A stretch of 64,000 nt of DNA from assembly GCF_001194135.2 (NCBI RefSeq), contig NC_068982.1:190765817-190829816 (forward strand), read 5' to 3'. Position numbers and translations under genes: made by a program. Shown here in pieces: positions 50,224 through 63,148 of this stretch. The notes beneath the pieces were generated by a model, which was not told the origin of the DNA, made no database searches, and saw only the letters and a list, made by a program, of their open reading frames with translations. The DNA comes from Octopus bimaculoides (lineage: Eukaryota). How positions within the stretch are numbered: the stretch's first letter is position 1; the number at the start of each line of letters is the position of its first letter.

Positions 50224-50658
50224 GGCGGCGAGGAGCTGGCAGAACCGTTAGCGCGCCGGGCGAAATGCTTAGCGGTATTTCGTCTGCCGTTACGTTCTGA
50301 GTTCAAATTCCGCCGAGGTCGACTTTGCCTTTCACCCTTTCGGGGTCGATTAAATAAGTGCCAGTTACGCACTGGGGTCGATATAATCGACTTAATCCGT
50401 TTGTCTGTTCTTGTTTGTCTCCTCTGTGTGTAGCCCCTTGTGGGGAGTAAAGAAATAAGAAACATTAGCACGCCGGGCGAAATGCTTAGCAGTATTTCGT
50501 CTGTCTTTATGTTCTGAGTTCAAATTCCGCCGAGGTCGACTTTGCTTTTCAGCCTTTAGGGGTCGATAAATTAAGTACCCGTTGCGTACTTGGTCGTTCT
50601 AATCGACTGGCCCCCTTCTCCTAAAATTTCGGGACTTGTGCCTAAAGTAGAAAAGAAT
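50224..50658 (+). mobile_element. Two tandem SINE family D copies (50224..50458; 50463..50658)
   Basis: ggcggcgaggagctggcagaaccgttagc... and ttagcacgccgggcgaaatgcttagc... with alternative 3' ends. Confidence 0.88.
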
Positions 50659-51051
50659 ATTGTTAGCAGTGCAATGTTCTCGTTTTAAAGCTTATCTCTG
50701 CAGATTTTCTATAGAATTCCGACGCAACACAAAAAGTGACGATGCAGCTTTGCGTTCTGGCTCTCAATTCTAGCGAAAATCTGTAGAGATAATCTGTAAA
50801 ATGTTTTACATTTGTTGCAATTCGCCTTCTCTCCACCGTTGGAACCACCGGAAGTTATGTTGTCGAGCGGCGTTTATGATTTCGTTGTGGGGGATTGAAA
50901 AGATGTTGGTGAAGGAGTGGTTGGCTTTGGGTGAAATCAGTGCATGTCTCTGTGGGTGATATGGGAAATTCTAGATGGGTGGCACACTGGGGATAAAGAG
51001 ACGAAGGAGGGCCAGAAGGAACGTTTGTACTGTTATTGTAATCGTTGTGTC

Positions 51052-51283
51052 TTATTTACTCTTTTACTTGTTTCAGTCATTTGACTGCAGCCATGCTGGA
51101 GCACCGCCTTTAGTCGAATAAATCGACCCCAGGACTTATTTTTTGTAAGCCTAGTACTTATTCTATCGATCTCTTTTGCCGAACCGCTCATCACACCAGC
51201 ATCGGTTGTCAAGCGATGTTGGGGGGACAAACACAGACACACAAACATACACACACACACACATACATATCCANNNNNNNNNN

Positions 51284-51331
<48 letters not shown>

Positions 51332-51470
51332 AAATACGGGCTTCTTTCAGTTTCCATCTACCAAATCCACTCACAAGGCTTTGGTCGGACCGAGGCTACA
51401 GTAGAAGACACTTGCCCAAGGTGCCATGCAGTGGGACTGAACACGGAACCATGTGGTTGGGAAGCAAGCT
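51052..51470 (-). mobile_element. SINE family C
   Basis: Reverse-complement full copy with an internal CA/TA tract across a 10-N gap. Confidence 0.88.
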
Positions 51471-51591
51471 ACTTATATAAACATTAAAAATATTGATTAA
51501 ATGTAACATTATGATAAACTGCCAGCTACAATTACATCAGCAATAATAATAGACTTGCTAAATTGACGAAGTAGTAAACGAACAAAAGTGA

Positions 51592-51974
51592 GGCGCAGGC
51601 GTGGCTGAGTGGTGAGAACTTTGTTTCCCTACCACGTGGTCTAGGGTTCAGTCCTCCTGCGTGGCAAATTAAGCTAGTGTCTTTCACTATAACCTTTTAC
51701 TGAGCCAACCAAAGCCATGTGAGTGAAGTTGGTAGACGGAAACTAAAAGAAGCCTGTCGTGTGTGCGTGTCTCCGTGTTTGTCCCCCACGACCAATTGAC
51801 AACTGGTGTTGGTGTGTTTACGTCCCGTAACGTAGCAGTTTGACTCGAGTCTGACAGAATAAGTACAAAGTTTAAAACATAAGTACTGGGGGTTCAATTT
51901 GTTCGACTAAAATTCTTCTAGGCGGTGCCCCAGCATGGCCGCAGCCCAAAGACTGGAAAGAATAACAAGTAAAG
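51592..51974 (+). mobile_element. SINE family C
   Basis: ggcgcaggcgtggctgagtggtgag head to ggcggtgccccagcatggccgcag tail. Confidence 0.88.
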
Positions 51975-52305
51975 CGCTCGCTCGCACCAACTCACTAGCG
52001 CAGCTCGTGTTTGTGTGCCGCCCGGGGCGGCTCTTCCGTTTGTCGCCCGCGGACCCCACAAAAAACACATAAGCAGACCCAAAAGTGCCACCCGAGGCAC
52101 CAACTATGCTCGTGATATTCGCTTGTGATTGGATGATGCTGTTAGAAACCATGCGATGCGTCAAACTCGTAGCCCGGAACTAAATTCTTTTATCCTGGTA
52201 TTATGTGTATGGGCGTTAAAACTGGGCTGTGGTGGTAAGAGATGGAACAATTAAACTCTCGGTTCACACATTTGTATTGACGGGAGGCGTTGACACAGAT
52301 TTCAA

Positions 52306-52519
52306 CCCTTTCGTTACCAACCCGGTTGAAACCGGTTCTGGCTCTGTACTACAAATGTCTTGTTTACAAAAGTTCTTAAATTGAAATCTTCCACCAAACC
52401 TTCGTCACAATTTATGTTCCTAGCACTAGATTAATGATTAATAAGTTATTTTACTAAATTCTTTGTTACATTTAAAGTAATTGAAAGAAACACAGAGCAT
52501 CTCAACAGAAATATGGTAC
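52306..52519. mobile_element. piggyBac-type MITE, right end truncated
   Basis: tcaa|ccctttcgttacc left end; aaatatggtacg partial right end. Confidence 0.5.
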
Positions 52520-53084
52520 GCCTCAGTCTGCCTGGCTGTAAATGTGTAACATAAGGAGAGAGTCCACCAATAAATACTATGGAGAAACTGTTTCGTTCTC
52601 TTGAAGTCGATTACTTTGCAGGATGTGTGACGTCATGTACTATGATAAACCACGTGGTTTATTTTGATGCAGTGTGGGAGGAAGTAGAAATTAACATGTG
52701 GTTTAAAAGCCATCTGTTGTCGTAAATGGGGGACATTTGTTCATGTTGCGAAGGGTCCATTTTGGTCTCCTTTTTGTGTGACGTCACACAAGCGTGTATC
52801 TTTCTATCTTGAAAATAGGGAAACATTGGATGATGTCGCTGTTGTAGATTTATATTGTCTAAGAGAAAGAAAGGATGGTCACGACTTGTTTGCCTTTGTT
52901 CATGGGTCTACTCAACCAGTTTTCACCAGGGATTTAACTACTACACCTCAGCCATGGACATTAGCAGGGCGATCTGTCCTGTCGTCGATGGATAAACCCA
53001 ATTTGAAGAAAGATTCTGTTTATCAAATAAGGTTTCATTGACATCGTCAACCATTCCTGATATCTCGTCCAGGAAAGCGTACTA

Positions 53085-53482
53085 CCAATAATAATAATAA
53101 TAATAATAATAATAGTGGTTTCACATTTTGGCATAAGGCCAGCAATTTCAGGAAAGGGAGGTAAGTCGATTACATCCATCCCAACCGAGCCCGAAAGGCA
53201 AAGTTAACCCCAGTGACATTTGCACTCAGAACGTAAAGTCAGTAAAAATGCCGCTAAGCTTTTTATCCGGCGCGTTTACGATTCTGTCAGCTCGCCATCT
53301 TCCTAACAATAATTACAATAATGATTTCAGTTTTTGAGGGTAAGAGGAAGTCGATTTCATCGACAGCAACGAGGAAAAGCAATGGCGACATGGGCAGAAT
53401 TCGAACTCAGAACGCAAAGACGGACGAAATGCCAGCAAAACGTTTTCCTCGGCCTGCTAACGGTTGTGTCCAGCTCGCCGCC
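53085..53482 (-). mobile_element. Two decayed SINE family D copies, the first with an (AAT)n tail
   Basis: ggcataaggccagcaatttc...gcactcagaacgtaaag and gaactcagaacgcaaagacggacgaaatg...ccagctcgccgcc. Confidence 0.75.
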
Positions 53483-54052
53483 AATAAATTAATTAATTGA
53501 TAACAACAACAACAACACTGCACTCTCTCACCTTCAGCTGCCTTCTAATTACGTCAGCAGCAGAATATGTGCTTGGAGGGAATGTGCACTTTAAGCATGT
53601 CAGTGTCAAAAAAGAGGAACAATTTAATTGCTCAGGACATGCTCGTATTTTAATGAGTATAAACATTAACTCCTTCATATAATAATGGTCGTATTGTTGT
53701 TGTTGTTATGAAACACACAAACACACATATATATATATATATATATATCTATATACAAACACAATCAGTCTTGTATTTCACTAAGCCAATCATCAAGTAA
53801 AGAGTCGAGGACAACTCGCCGTCTGATTCGCTCTCTGAACACGTATCTAACAGAATCTCGCATGCATATTTATTAATCAAATCTTAACGTCATTAATTAG
53901 TTTTCCATTCAGTCTGACGTTTACTTAAAAGCTGTGTTGTTGTTGTTGTTTTGCTACAGGGGAACCGTGGTCGAACAGACTTAATGAGCAAACGCGTTTC
54001 GGCCGTCACCGTCCACGATACCAGCTTTTATTCAAGCAATGTATATCTTGAG

Positions 54053-54246
54053 CAGTCGTTCTCAATCAGGGGCCCATATGACCCTTGCCGGTAGATATAA
54101 GATTTGGGGGGTTTAGTTTATCTGCAATAAATTGGTTCTACTTCTGCAAAAAATGTAATAAGGGTTTTGAAACATTTAATGTCTATGAGGGTTCACACAT
54201 GTAATATAGGAATATAGGCAAAAAAAAAAAATGTTGAGTACCACTG
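54053..54246. mobile_element. hAT (Charlie/MER5-like) MITE
   Basis: TIR cagtcgttctcaa / ttgagtaccactg; interior shared with the 37781 and 38440 halves. Confidence 0.8.
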
Positions 54247-54285
54247 ATGTAGGGACACATACCTGATGTGTGTCCCTCTTAAGAT

Positions 54286-54436
54286 CAGGGCCGTCTCTAG
54301 GATTCCTGGCGCCCCGGGGTCGAGGTGTACTTCGGCGTGTACAAGTTGATAGTTGTGGAAATTTACTTGTCTTTGTCACGCCCTCTTTGGCGCCCCAGGC
54401 GACTGCCCGAGCTGCCGGTACCTTGAGCCGGCCCTA
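54286..54436. mobile_element. hAT-type MITE, 151 bp, with perfect 8-bp TSD
   Basis: cttaagat|cagggccgtctc ... gagccggcccta|cttaagat (TSD 54278..54285 and 54437..54444). Confidence 0.85.
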
Positions 54437-54735
54437 CTTAAGATGGTAAGATATTATTTCAGATCTACTGGGTTGTTGTTTCTAGCATATCGAGCGACCC
54501 TTTTTAAGATCCCTCGTTGCCTATCCTTTTGTCCTGTGTAGTGAAATAAGGACGTAGTTTTTTGCAAATTTAATTTATATACTCTGTGGAAGCGGGTGGC
54601 GGTGGTCGAATCCGGCATTTTAAAATCCGGATGGGGGATTGGTTTAGGCTTCGATATTCTTATTGTTTTTGCTGGCCTTTTTTGTTTAATGTTGATTTTT
54701 TTTTTTTTTAAGATGTTAATATTGAATTGATATTA

Positions 54736-55135
54736 CGGCGGCGAGCTGGCGGAACCGTTACCGCGCCGGGCAAAATGCATTTCGTCTGTCGTTACGTTCT
54801 AAGTTCAAATTCCGCTGAGGTTGACTTTGCCTTCCATTCTTTCGGGATCGATTATTTTATCGACCCCAGCGGAATTTGAGCTCAGAACGTAAAGACAGAA
54901 GAAATGCCGCTAAGCATTTTGCCCGACGTGCTAACCATTCTGCCAGCTCGCCACCTTAAAATAATAATAATAATCCTTTCCGCTTAGGCACAAGGCCTGC
55001 AACTATTTGGGAGGGGAGTAAGTCGATTAGATCTACCCCAGTACGTACCTGGTACTCAATTTATCGACCCCGAAAGGATGAAAGGCAAAGTTGACCTCGG
55101 CGGAATTTGAACTCAGAACGTAACGTAGCGGGTCT
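54736..55135. mobile_element. SINE family D cluster: + copy 54736..54851, - copy 54852..54957, - copy 54974..55135
   Basis: Family D motifs on both strands; the first two meet tail-to-tail. Confidence 0.82.
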
Positions 55136-57010
55136 AGCAACTATGTAAGATCTCTTGGTAAAAATTCCGTTAGCTACAATTGTGTTTATTCCTCCAGGAA
55201 CTACCCGAAAGGGAGGGAGGCAGGGCGAGATAACTTTTGATATTTTTATTATTCCAAGAATTACCAAATTCGGTAACCTGGCCGTTTCCACCGCAATTAA
55301 AAGAGACAATCGTTAATCGATTGATTGATGTAATGTCTCGCTTAGAAACTCGGCTGTAAAATTGGAGGCCCACACCAACCTTATCAACGATCGATCATTT
55401 AAGATTGACTTTAAACNNNNNNNNNNNNNNNNNNNNNNNNNNNNNNNNNNNNNNNNNNNNNNNNNNNNNNNNNNNNNNNNNNNNNNNNNNNNNNNNNNNN
55501 NNNNNNNNNNNNNNNNNNNNNNNNNNNNNNNNNNNNNNNNNNNNNNNNNNNNNNNNNNNNNNNNNNNNNNNNNNNNNNNNNNNNNNNNNNNNNNNNNNNN
55601 NNNNNNNNNNNNNNNNNNNNNNNNNNNNNNNNNNNNNNNNNNNNNNNNNNNNNNNNNNNNNNNNNNNNNNNNNNNNNNNNNNNNNNNNNNNNNNNNNNNN
55701 NNNNNNNNNNNNNNNNNNNNNNNNNNNNNNNNNNNNNNNNNNNNNNNNNNNNNNNNNNNNNNNNNNNNNNNNNNNNNNNNNNNNNNNNNNNNNNNNNNNN
55801 NNNNNNNNNNNNNNNNNNNNNNNNNNNNNNNNNNNNNNNNNNNNNNNNNNNNNNNNNNNNNNNNNNNNNNNNNNNNNNNNNNNNNNNNNNNNNNNNNNNN
55901 NNNNNNNNNNNNNNNNNNNNNNNNNNNNNNNNNNNNNNNNNNNNNNNNNNNNNNNNNNNNNNNNNNNNNNNNNNNNNNNNNNNNNNNNNNNNNNNNNNNN
56001 NNNNNNNNNNNNNNNNNNNNNNNNNNNNNNNNNNNNNNNNNNNNNNNNNNNNNNNNNNNNNNNNNNNNNNNNNNNNNNNNNNNNNNNNNNNNNNNNNNNN
56101 NNNNNNNNNNNNNNNNNNNNNNNNNNNNNNNNNNNNNNNNNNNNNNNNNNNNNNNNNNNNNNNNNNNNNNNNNNNNNNNATATTGTATGGTTGTAAATTG
56201 ACAGAATCGTTAAAGCATCGGGGGAGGAGGGGGGGCTTGCGATATTTGTTCCGGCTGTTTACATCCCGAGTTCAAATCCTACTGAAGTCTTCTTTACTTT
56301 GATCGTTTCGGGGGTCGATAAAATTAAAGTGCCACCAGTCAAGAACTGAGGTTGATGGTATAGACAACCCCTCTCCCACCGCTTAAAATAATTGTCCTTG
56401 TGCCTGGTGGACCTGGTCGGCTCGACGTTCTCTGGGACCCATTAACTTCGCATGAACCCAGCCCCATCAAGTAAGAGCATGAAGCAAACAAGCAAGTCCG
56501 AATTGGAAACAACCATTGAGAAATTCCCTTTCCGCTTCTCGCGAACATTTTTAAAAGCTACCACTTAATAAGTGTGTGAGTGTGTGTGTCATTTAATTTT
56601 AATGTATCCTCACTGATTTTTCTTCTTGGCTAAGCACGTTAACATACAATAATCTAGAGCTACCCCTCCCACTATCTTCTGTCCTCTTACAATTCACTTT
56701 CAACCTGTCTCCTCCACCTCTCTCCCTCTCTCTCTCTCTCTCTCGTTCCTCCTCCCTCTCTCTCTCTCAAAATGGCTACTGTCTTTTTCTAAGAAAACCA
56801 ACACAAGTCTTGTGCTGAAAGGAAACAAGTGTATCAGATAGAGTTATGCTTAGCTGTTACAAGTACTACGCTGTATTTACATGTGTGTCTGGATACACAC
56901 ACACACATAATAATAATAATAACGTGTGTGTGTATGTATATCTAAATGTGTTCCTTAGGTGTATGATAATGTATATTTTTGTGTTTACTTCCAGCACAAC
57001 TTTTTTTGTG

Positions 57011-57055
<45 letters not shown>

Positions 57056-57649
57056 TATTCCTAACAATTCTTTTTTCTTTCCTATGATTTGCCTCCCATC
57101 AACGGTTATTGTCGACTCATTTTAGTACACTTTGCTGTTGTTCTTGAGGGTGATCGCGCCCGTTCGCGTCCCCTGATCAACGCTTCTCACCCCGCTTAAT
57201 ATACAGCAGATCCCATCTTATTTGTTTTCTTTTTGGTTCCCCACCACCACCCATACATCTATAACAGGAGGGCCGAGAGAGAGAGGAATTCACAGACGTT
57301 GCTTTGGTACCAAAAACGAGGCACCAGCCCAACCAAAATACCGTTTTTTTTTCAGTCTCTACAATCAAAATAATAATAATAAGCATTCCTTCGGTATTAG
57401 TAGACACCGTAATTCATCCACACAACCTTCCCTCACGACAAAGATAAAGAGACTAGGCTGATGAAGAGGGTGAATGACGTTGTCTCGACACTCTGTAGAC
57501 CAATATCGAAGGATCGCCTAATTATAACAATAATGATAATAATTGATATACTATTTTCGTCTCCCACTTTCTTCGTTTCTATCTCTATTTCCTCCTCTTC
57601 TTTCTCTCTCTCCCCACCACTCGTCTCTGCTACTACCTTCTCTCGCCTC

Positions 57650-57686
<37 letters not shown>

Positions 57687-58093
57687 ACAGGGGCGCGCGC
57701 GCGCTTTCTCGTACACACATCCCTGTAGTAAAATAATCCAGTCAGTGTTAGTCGCCACCCGTCCACCCCATATAAGGTGCCACCTACCCCGCTCAGCTAC
57801 CCTCCTTTGACGTAGATATTTCTCGTGCGATGGGGTTCCTTTTTCCTTCAAAGGTCTGTCTCTCTGCGTGTCTACATGTGTGTGTGTGTGTGTTTCTAGG
57901 CGTTTATATTCATGTATGTGTACACCTCGTTATGTAGGGGTATGTGTAATTATGGGCGTCTAAAGAGTTGTGTGCGCGCGTGCGCGCACGTATATTTTTT
58001 GCGGGGGTAATTATGTGTGTGTGTGTGTGTCAGTATATATATATATATAGTTCAGTTATTGGTTATAATATATTCATAATATATATATCTAAA

Positions 58094-58139
<46 letters not shown>

Positions 58140-58421
58140 NNNNNNNNNNNNNNNNNNNNNNNNNNNNNNNNNNNNNNNNNNNNNNNNNNNNNNNNNNNNN
58201 NNNNNNNNNNNNNNNNNNNNNNNNNNNNNNNNNNNNNNNNNNNNNNNNNNNNNNNNNNNNNNNNNNNNNNNNNNNNNNNNNNNNNNNNNNNNNNNNNNNN
58301 NNNNNNNNNNNNNNNNNNNNNNNNNNNNNNNNNNNNNNNNNNNNNNNNNNNNNNNNNNNNNNNNNNNNNNNNNNNNNNNNNNNNNNNNNNNNNNNNNNNN
58401 NNNNNNNNNNATATATATAAT

Positions 58422-58792
58422 CTTGTTTCAGTCATTAGATTTCAGCCATGCGGTGGCTCCACCTTCAGGAATTTTTGTGGAAACGAAACCACCCTAGTAC
58501 TTTTTTCTTTAAGCCTGGTAATTATTCTACCCATCTCTTTTGTCGAACCGCTAGTTACGAGGACTTAAGGATACCAATATCGGTGTCATGCGGTGTTGAG
58601 AGACAAAAACAGACACAAAGGTACACACATACATATACGACGGGCTTCTTTCAGTTTCCGTCTACCAAAATTCACTTACAAGGCTTTGGTCGACCGGACA
58701 CTTTAGTAGAAGACACTGGCCCAAAGTGCCAAGAAGTGGAAATGAACCCGGAACCATGTTGTTGAGAAGCAAGCTTCATACCACACACCCAC
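58422..58792 (-). mobile_element. SINE family C
   Basis: tcttgtttcagtcattagatttcagccatgc...cgggcttctttcagtttccgtctacc...gaacccggaaccatg. Confidence 0.82.
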
Positions 58793-59534
58793 TCCTGTAT
58801 ACACACACACACACACACACTTGTGAGTTTATCTTATTCTACTCTGGAATTTCATTTGTTTTGGAGGTTTTTTTCTTTTTATTTCGAGGAGGGAGAGAAG
58901 AGGGTGTGCGCCATATTTTTCCTTTTCTCTCCCTAACATTTGTTTCTGCAAAGTCCGATAGACCTCAACAGCAACAACAAAAGCAATGATAAAAGTGAAT
59001 GTGATAGTGATTATAGTACTTATAACGATGGTGGTGATTATGATGATGATGCTGATAGGTGGCTCATTTGATTGGTCACTAGCTTGATGAAGAATGTTAC
59101 TTGCATTTTCTACCCAGTGGAGGTCAACCTGTCCGCAAAGATGACACATACACTTCCATCCGATCCTTTTGTCTTCACAAAAAAGAAACCAGCTTTCCCT
59201 ATCGCCTCGCGTAGAGACGAAGAGACGGTTAAGGGAGACGGCATGCACAGAGAGAAAGGTTCGTGGTTTTCTTTAACCGCCCACCTTCCGGCCAACAAAT
59301 GTGTGGAAGGTTATTGTTTAGTTGTAAAGTGAATTTGCTATAGAAGTGCATTGTTCACCGACTAGAGTCACCAGTATATCACTGGTATATATATATATAT
59401 ATATATATGATTCACTCTGTCACTAACGAAGGGAAATACATTTCGAACTCGAAACTAAATTCTGCTATTCATTTTGTCCGGCGCTTTCTTGTTTTTGCAG
59501 ATTTGGTCGTAATCGTGCGAAAATGATAATACTG

Positions 59535-60255
59535 ATAGCAAAATTTTCTACTACAGGCTAAAAAGGCTTGAAATTATCGAGAGAAAGAGTTTAGTCGATT
59601 CCTACATTTCTACTTTATCGACCCCAAGGTCGACTTCGGCGGAATTTAAACACGGAACGTTAAAGAGCCGGAAGAAATATCGCTAAGCATTTTGTCCGAC
59701 GCGCTTACAATTCTGCCAGCTTGACACAATGCTAATTCTAGGGAAATATCGTTAGTTGATTACACCGATTCTAATTCTTGATCAGCAATCTATTTTATCG
59801 ACCCAGGAGGGATGAAAGATGAAGTTGAACTCAGAACGTCGAGAGCCAGAAGAAATGCCACTAAGCATTTTCTCCGATGCGCTAACGAATTCGTTATGAA
59901 TTTTCGTATCAATCATTAGTCTGCGGTCGTACTGGGGCACCGCCTTGAGGAATTTTTAGCCGAATGAATCGACACTATTAGTTATTCTTTTAAAGCCTGG
60001 TACGTCTTCTATCGATATCTTTTGCCGGGATGTAAACACACCAACACTGGTTGTGAAGCGGTGGCGGGGGAAAACGCGCACACACACATACGCCGAGCTT
60101 CTTTCAGTTTCTATCTACCAACTCGACCCACAAGGCTTTGATCGGTCCGAGGTTACAGTACAACAAAAATCTTGCCTAAGGTGCCACACAGCTGGACTGA
60201 ACCCGGAACCATGTGGTTGGGAAGCAAGCTTTTTACCATCAGCCACGCCTGTGCC
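59535..60255 (-). mobile_element. Cluster of two SINE D copies (59535..59725; 59735..59890) and one SINE C (59915..60255)
   Basis: Family motifs tttatcgacccc...gctaagcattt and ggggcaccgcc...ggactgaacccggaaccatgtgg. Confidence 0.78.
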
Positions 60256-61479
60256 TATAATGATAATTTATTGCATAAAAACCAGCTTCAAAACAAACAA
60301 AAGAGATTATGATGTTATTAAATGCACATTTCTCGAGAATTTAGTCCACATCTATGCATTAGTGGTGGGAATGAATATCCTTTAGTTGAGCAGCTATGAT
60401 CCTTCGCAAGGCCTTCGTTACTGTGAGGGAAGGAGGTGTGTGTGTGTGTGTGTGTAACTGGTAACAGATATCGTACACATCACTTCTTAGCGCTGTCACC
60501 CTCTATTTTATTTACGTCGAGCCGCTGAATAGCGCAACCAGTCATTGAACTATGACGGAAATATCGTAAGATGGGTGTTTCTTGTGTCAGCTCGTAGCGT
60601 CTACCTTATCCAGTTTCTGGTGCTGAAGAGGAGATAACCACTTCGAAATGCATGCGTTTACAAGTTTGGTTAGGGAATGCTGACTCAGTCTATTTTACAC
60701 CTACTTCTCTACGGCGAAAAATGTTCTCCATCACAATATACAGTGAATAGCTTTCTTACGGGTTCGGATATGCCTCATGCATATTCGAACCCGAGGATGG
60801 AGGGGTTCATTCATTCGTTCACCCACCCAATTGGTACTTGTATTTCCTTGTTACTCACCAGGATTGTGACTAGGTGACGAGTCTTTCATTACATAATCAA
60901 TGTTCCATAATCATTGATTTCTCTTCTATTTAACCAGCTTAGACATTGTTGAGACATCTGTAAACTGTGGAATAAAGGATTCCAACAACTCCATTCTTTG
61001 CTTGTTATTTTATACTCTGCGACTGAAGTTAACTTCCTGGATTTTCAGTTTGTGTGAAACTATTGTTGTTACTGAAGAAGAAATTTTCTCTCATATTCTG
61101 TTAGTGTTCACGGGAATGCTGCGTGAGATAATCGCCTGGATTCCATGGCGTCCCCTCTCATTTACTATGGATAGATAGATAAAGAGAGAGAGAGAAACAT
61201 TAATGAAAACTGGTGCCCCCGTTTTGAACAAGATCGATAGAGATAGGTAGGTAGATAGATAGATAGATTGACGAATTGAACAGGCAAAACATGTGGTATC
61301 ACTTTGAAGCGTGGAATTTATAATTCAAACGTAATTTTAGAGTTGTTACAATGGAGTTGTCGGAGTAAAAGGCATCATAAATGATGGAGTAAAAAGTTGT
61401 GCATCAAGTCTCTCACAGCAGTTTCTAGAATAATTGCTCATGTAGTGCATACCTCATATATAGTGAACAAGCGCCAATT

Positions 61480-61717
61480 TTGGGGGAGGGGGGCAGTCGA
61501 TTAGATCGACTCCAGTACGCAACTGGTACTTAATTTAGGACAAAGGGATAAAGTCGATTACATCGACTCCAGTGCGTAACTGGTACGTAATTTATTGACT
61601 CCGAAAGGATGAAAAGCAACGTCGACCTCGGCGGAATTTGAACTCCGAACGTAGCGGCAGACGAAATACTGCTAAGCATTTCTCCCGGCGTGCTAACGTT
61701 TCTGCCAGCTCGCCGCC
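61480..61717 (-). mobile_element. SINE family D
   Basis: gtcgacctcggcggaatttgaactccgaacgtagcggcagacgaaatac...ccagctcgccgcc; internal duplication of gtcgatta..tcgactccagt. Confidence 0.88.
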
Positions 61718-62749
61718 CCTACGAGCGCTGTAAATACTAGGGCTCTCTGTGGAAATTTTAATGTTATTTTCCAAATTGTAAGTGTTGATCGTTTATAGAG
61801 AATATTGAAATCGTATCTTTGTCTTTCTCGAGGCACTGTAAAGTCCTTAATGGTAGTAATGAAGGTGCAGTCTTAGGGGAGAATACGTTTGGAAACTATC
61901 TTCTGTTTTTTTATACACTTTAAGAGTTATTATCTATTATTTTTAATCTTTTATGTCAAGAATTAAATAATCTACACGAAACCGTAAACAATATTATATT
62001 TTTTTTTTTATTGTAGAACTACATTGGTAAGGTTTTGACAAATTTTAATCCGCTGTTATTTTTTTAAATACTAGAGATGGCAAAAGTATGCTTCTAAACG
62101 GGTAACCGAAAGAAAAATAATTACCTTAAAATAAAAAATTTTAATGAAATGAATTTCTCATTTGTATAGCTCCTCCTATAAACACTGTCCCTTCTCCTTC
62201 TCCTCTGTCGTCATGATTCTGTCTCTCATTGTGTATGGTGTGTTGCGTTCATTTACTCACTGCCTGTCACCAAGCCTAGTATGTACACTTACCCTGTACC
62301 TCTTATGTTAACTCTTTTTCTCTTCCCTTTCTCTCTCTATCTCTCTATCTCTCTCTCTCTCCCTCTTTATCTATTTGTTTGTCTGTCTATTATCTTTCCC
62401 TCTCTCTACATGATGTAATGCGTGACTGGAGAGATCAATCAACCAGCTAAAATCTATATAGGTTATTATTATTATTATCATCATCATCATCATCATTTTT
62501 ATTATATCGAAAGGATGACTGAAGAATGCTTACAGCTAGATTTGAACCCACAGTTCCAGTGAACAAAGTACAGTAATTCGCACACGCTCCACCCCTGCCG
62601 AATTGTGTATTCTAATACTGACACGTGTGTGTGTGTAACGACTTAAAATGTTTGAGAGCCATTTATTTTGCGAATAATAATACTGCGTTTGTAGAATATG
62701 TTCCCGATTTTGTTCCATAGTTAAAACATTTACATATGTCGACTGTCAA

Positions 62750-63148
62750 TAATGATGATGATAATAATTTCAAATTTTGGCACAAGGCCTGCAATTTAGT
62801 GGGAGGCGTTAAGTCCATTCCATCGACCCCAGTGTTTCACTGGTACTTATTTTATCAACTCCGAAAGAATGAAAGCAAAGTCGACCTCGGCGGAATTTGA
62901 ACTCGGAACGTAAAACCGGACGAAATGCCACAATGCATTTGGTCCAGTGTGCTAACGATTCTGCTAGTTTGTCACCTTAGATTAATAATTACAATGATGA
63001 CGGTGATGATCCTTTCTGTTATAGGCACAAGGCATGAAATTTTTTTTTTTGGGGGGGGTGGATTAGTTGATTATATCGACCCAGTACTCAACTGGTACTT
63101 ATTTTATCGACCCCGAAAGGATGAAAGGCCAGGTCAACCTCGACGGAA
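62750..63148 (-). mobile_element. Two SINE family D copies (62765..62975; 63015..63148) with ATG/AAT-type tails
   Basis: ggcacaaggc...tcgaccccagt...ttttatc motifs twice. Confidence 0.8.

Noticed and set aside
53525-53600. Candidate PDE3 exon 2 after ctctcaccttcag
   Set aside because: Phase-0 reading hits a stop after 18 codons, there is no PDE3 similarity and no good donor.
57458-57512. CTGATGA followed by an AGAG/CTCT stem
   Set aside because: Followed by GTAGAC rather than GAAA, with no valid UH site or stem III.
60678-60687. TGCTGACTCA Maf/NF-E2-type site
   Set aside because: A single 10-mer without supporting context is compatible with chance.
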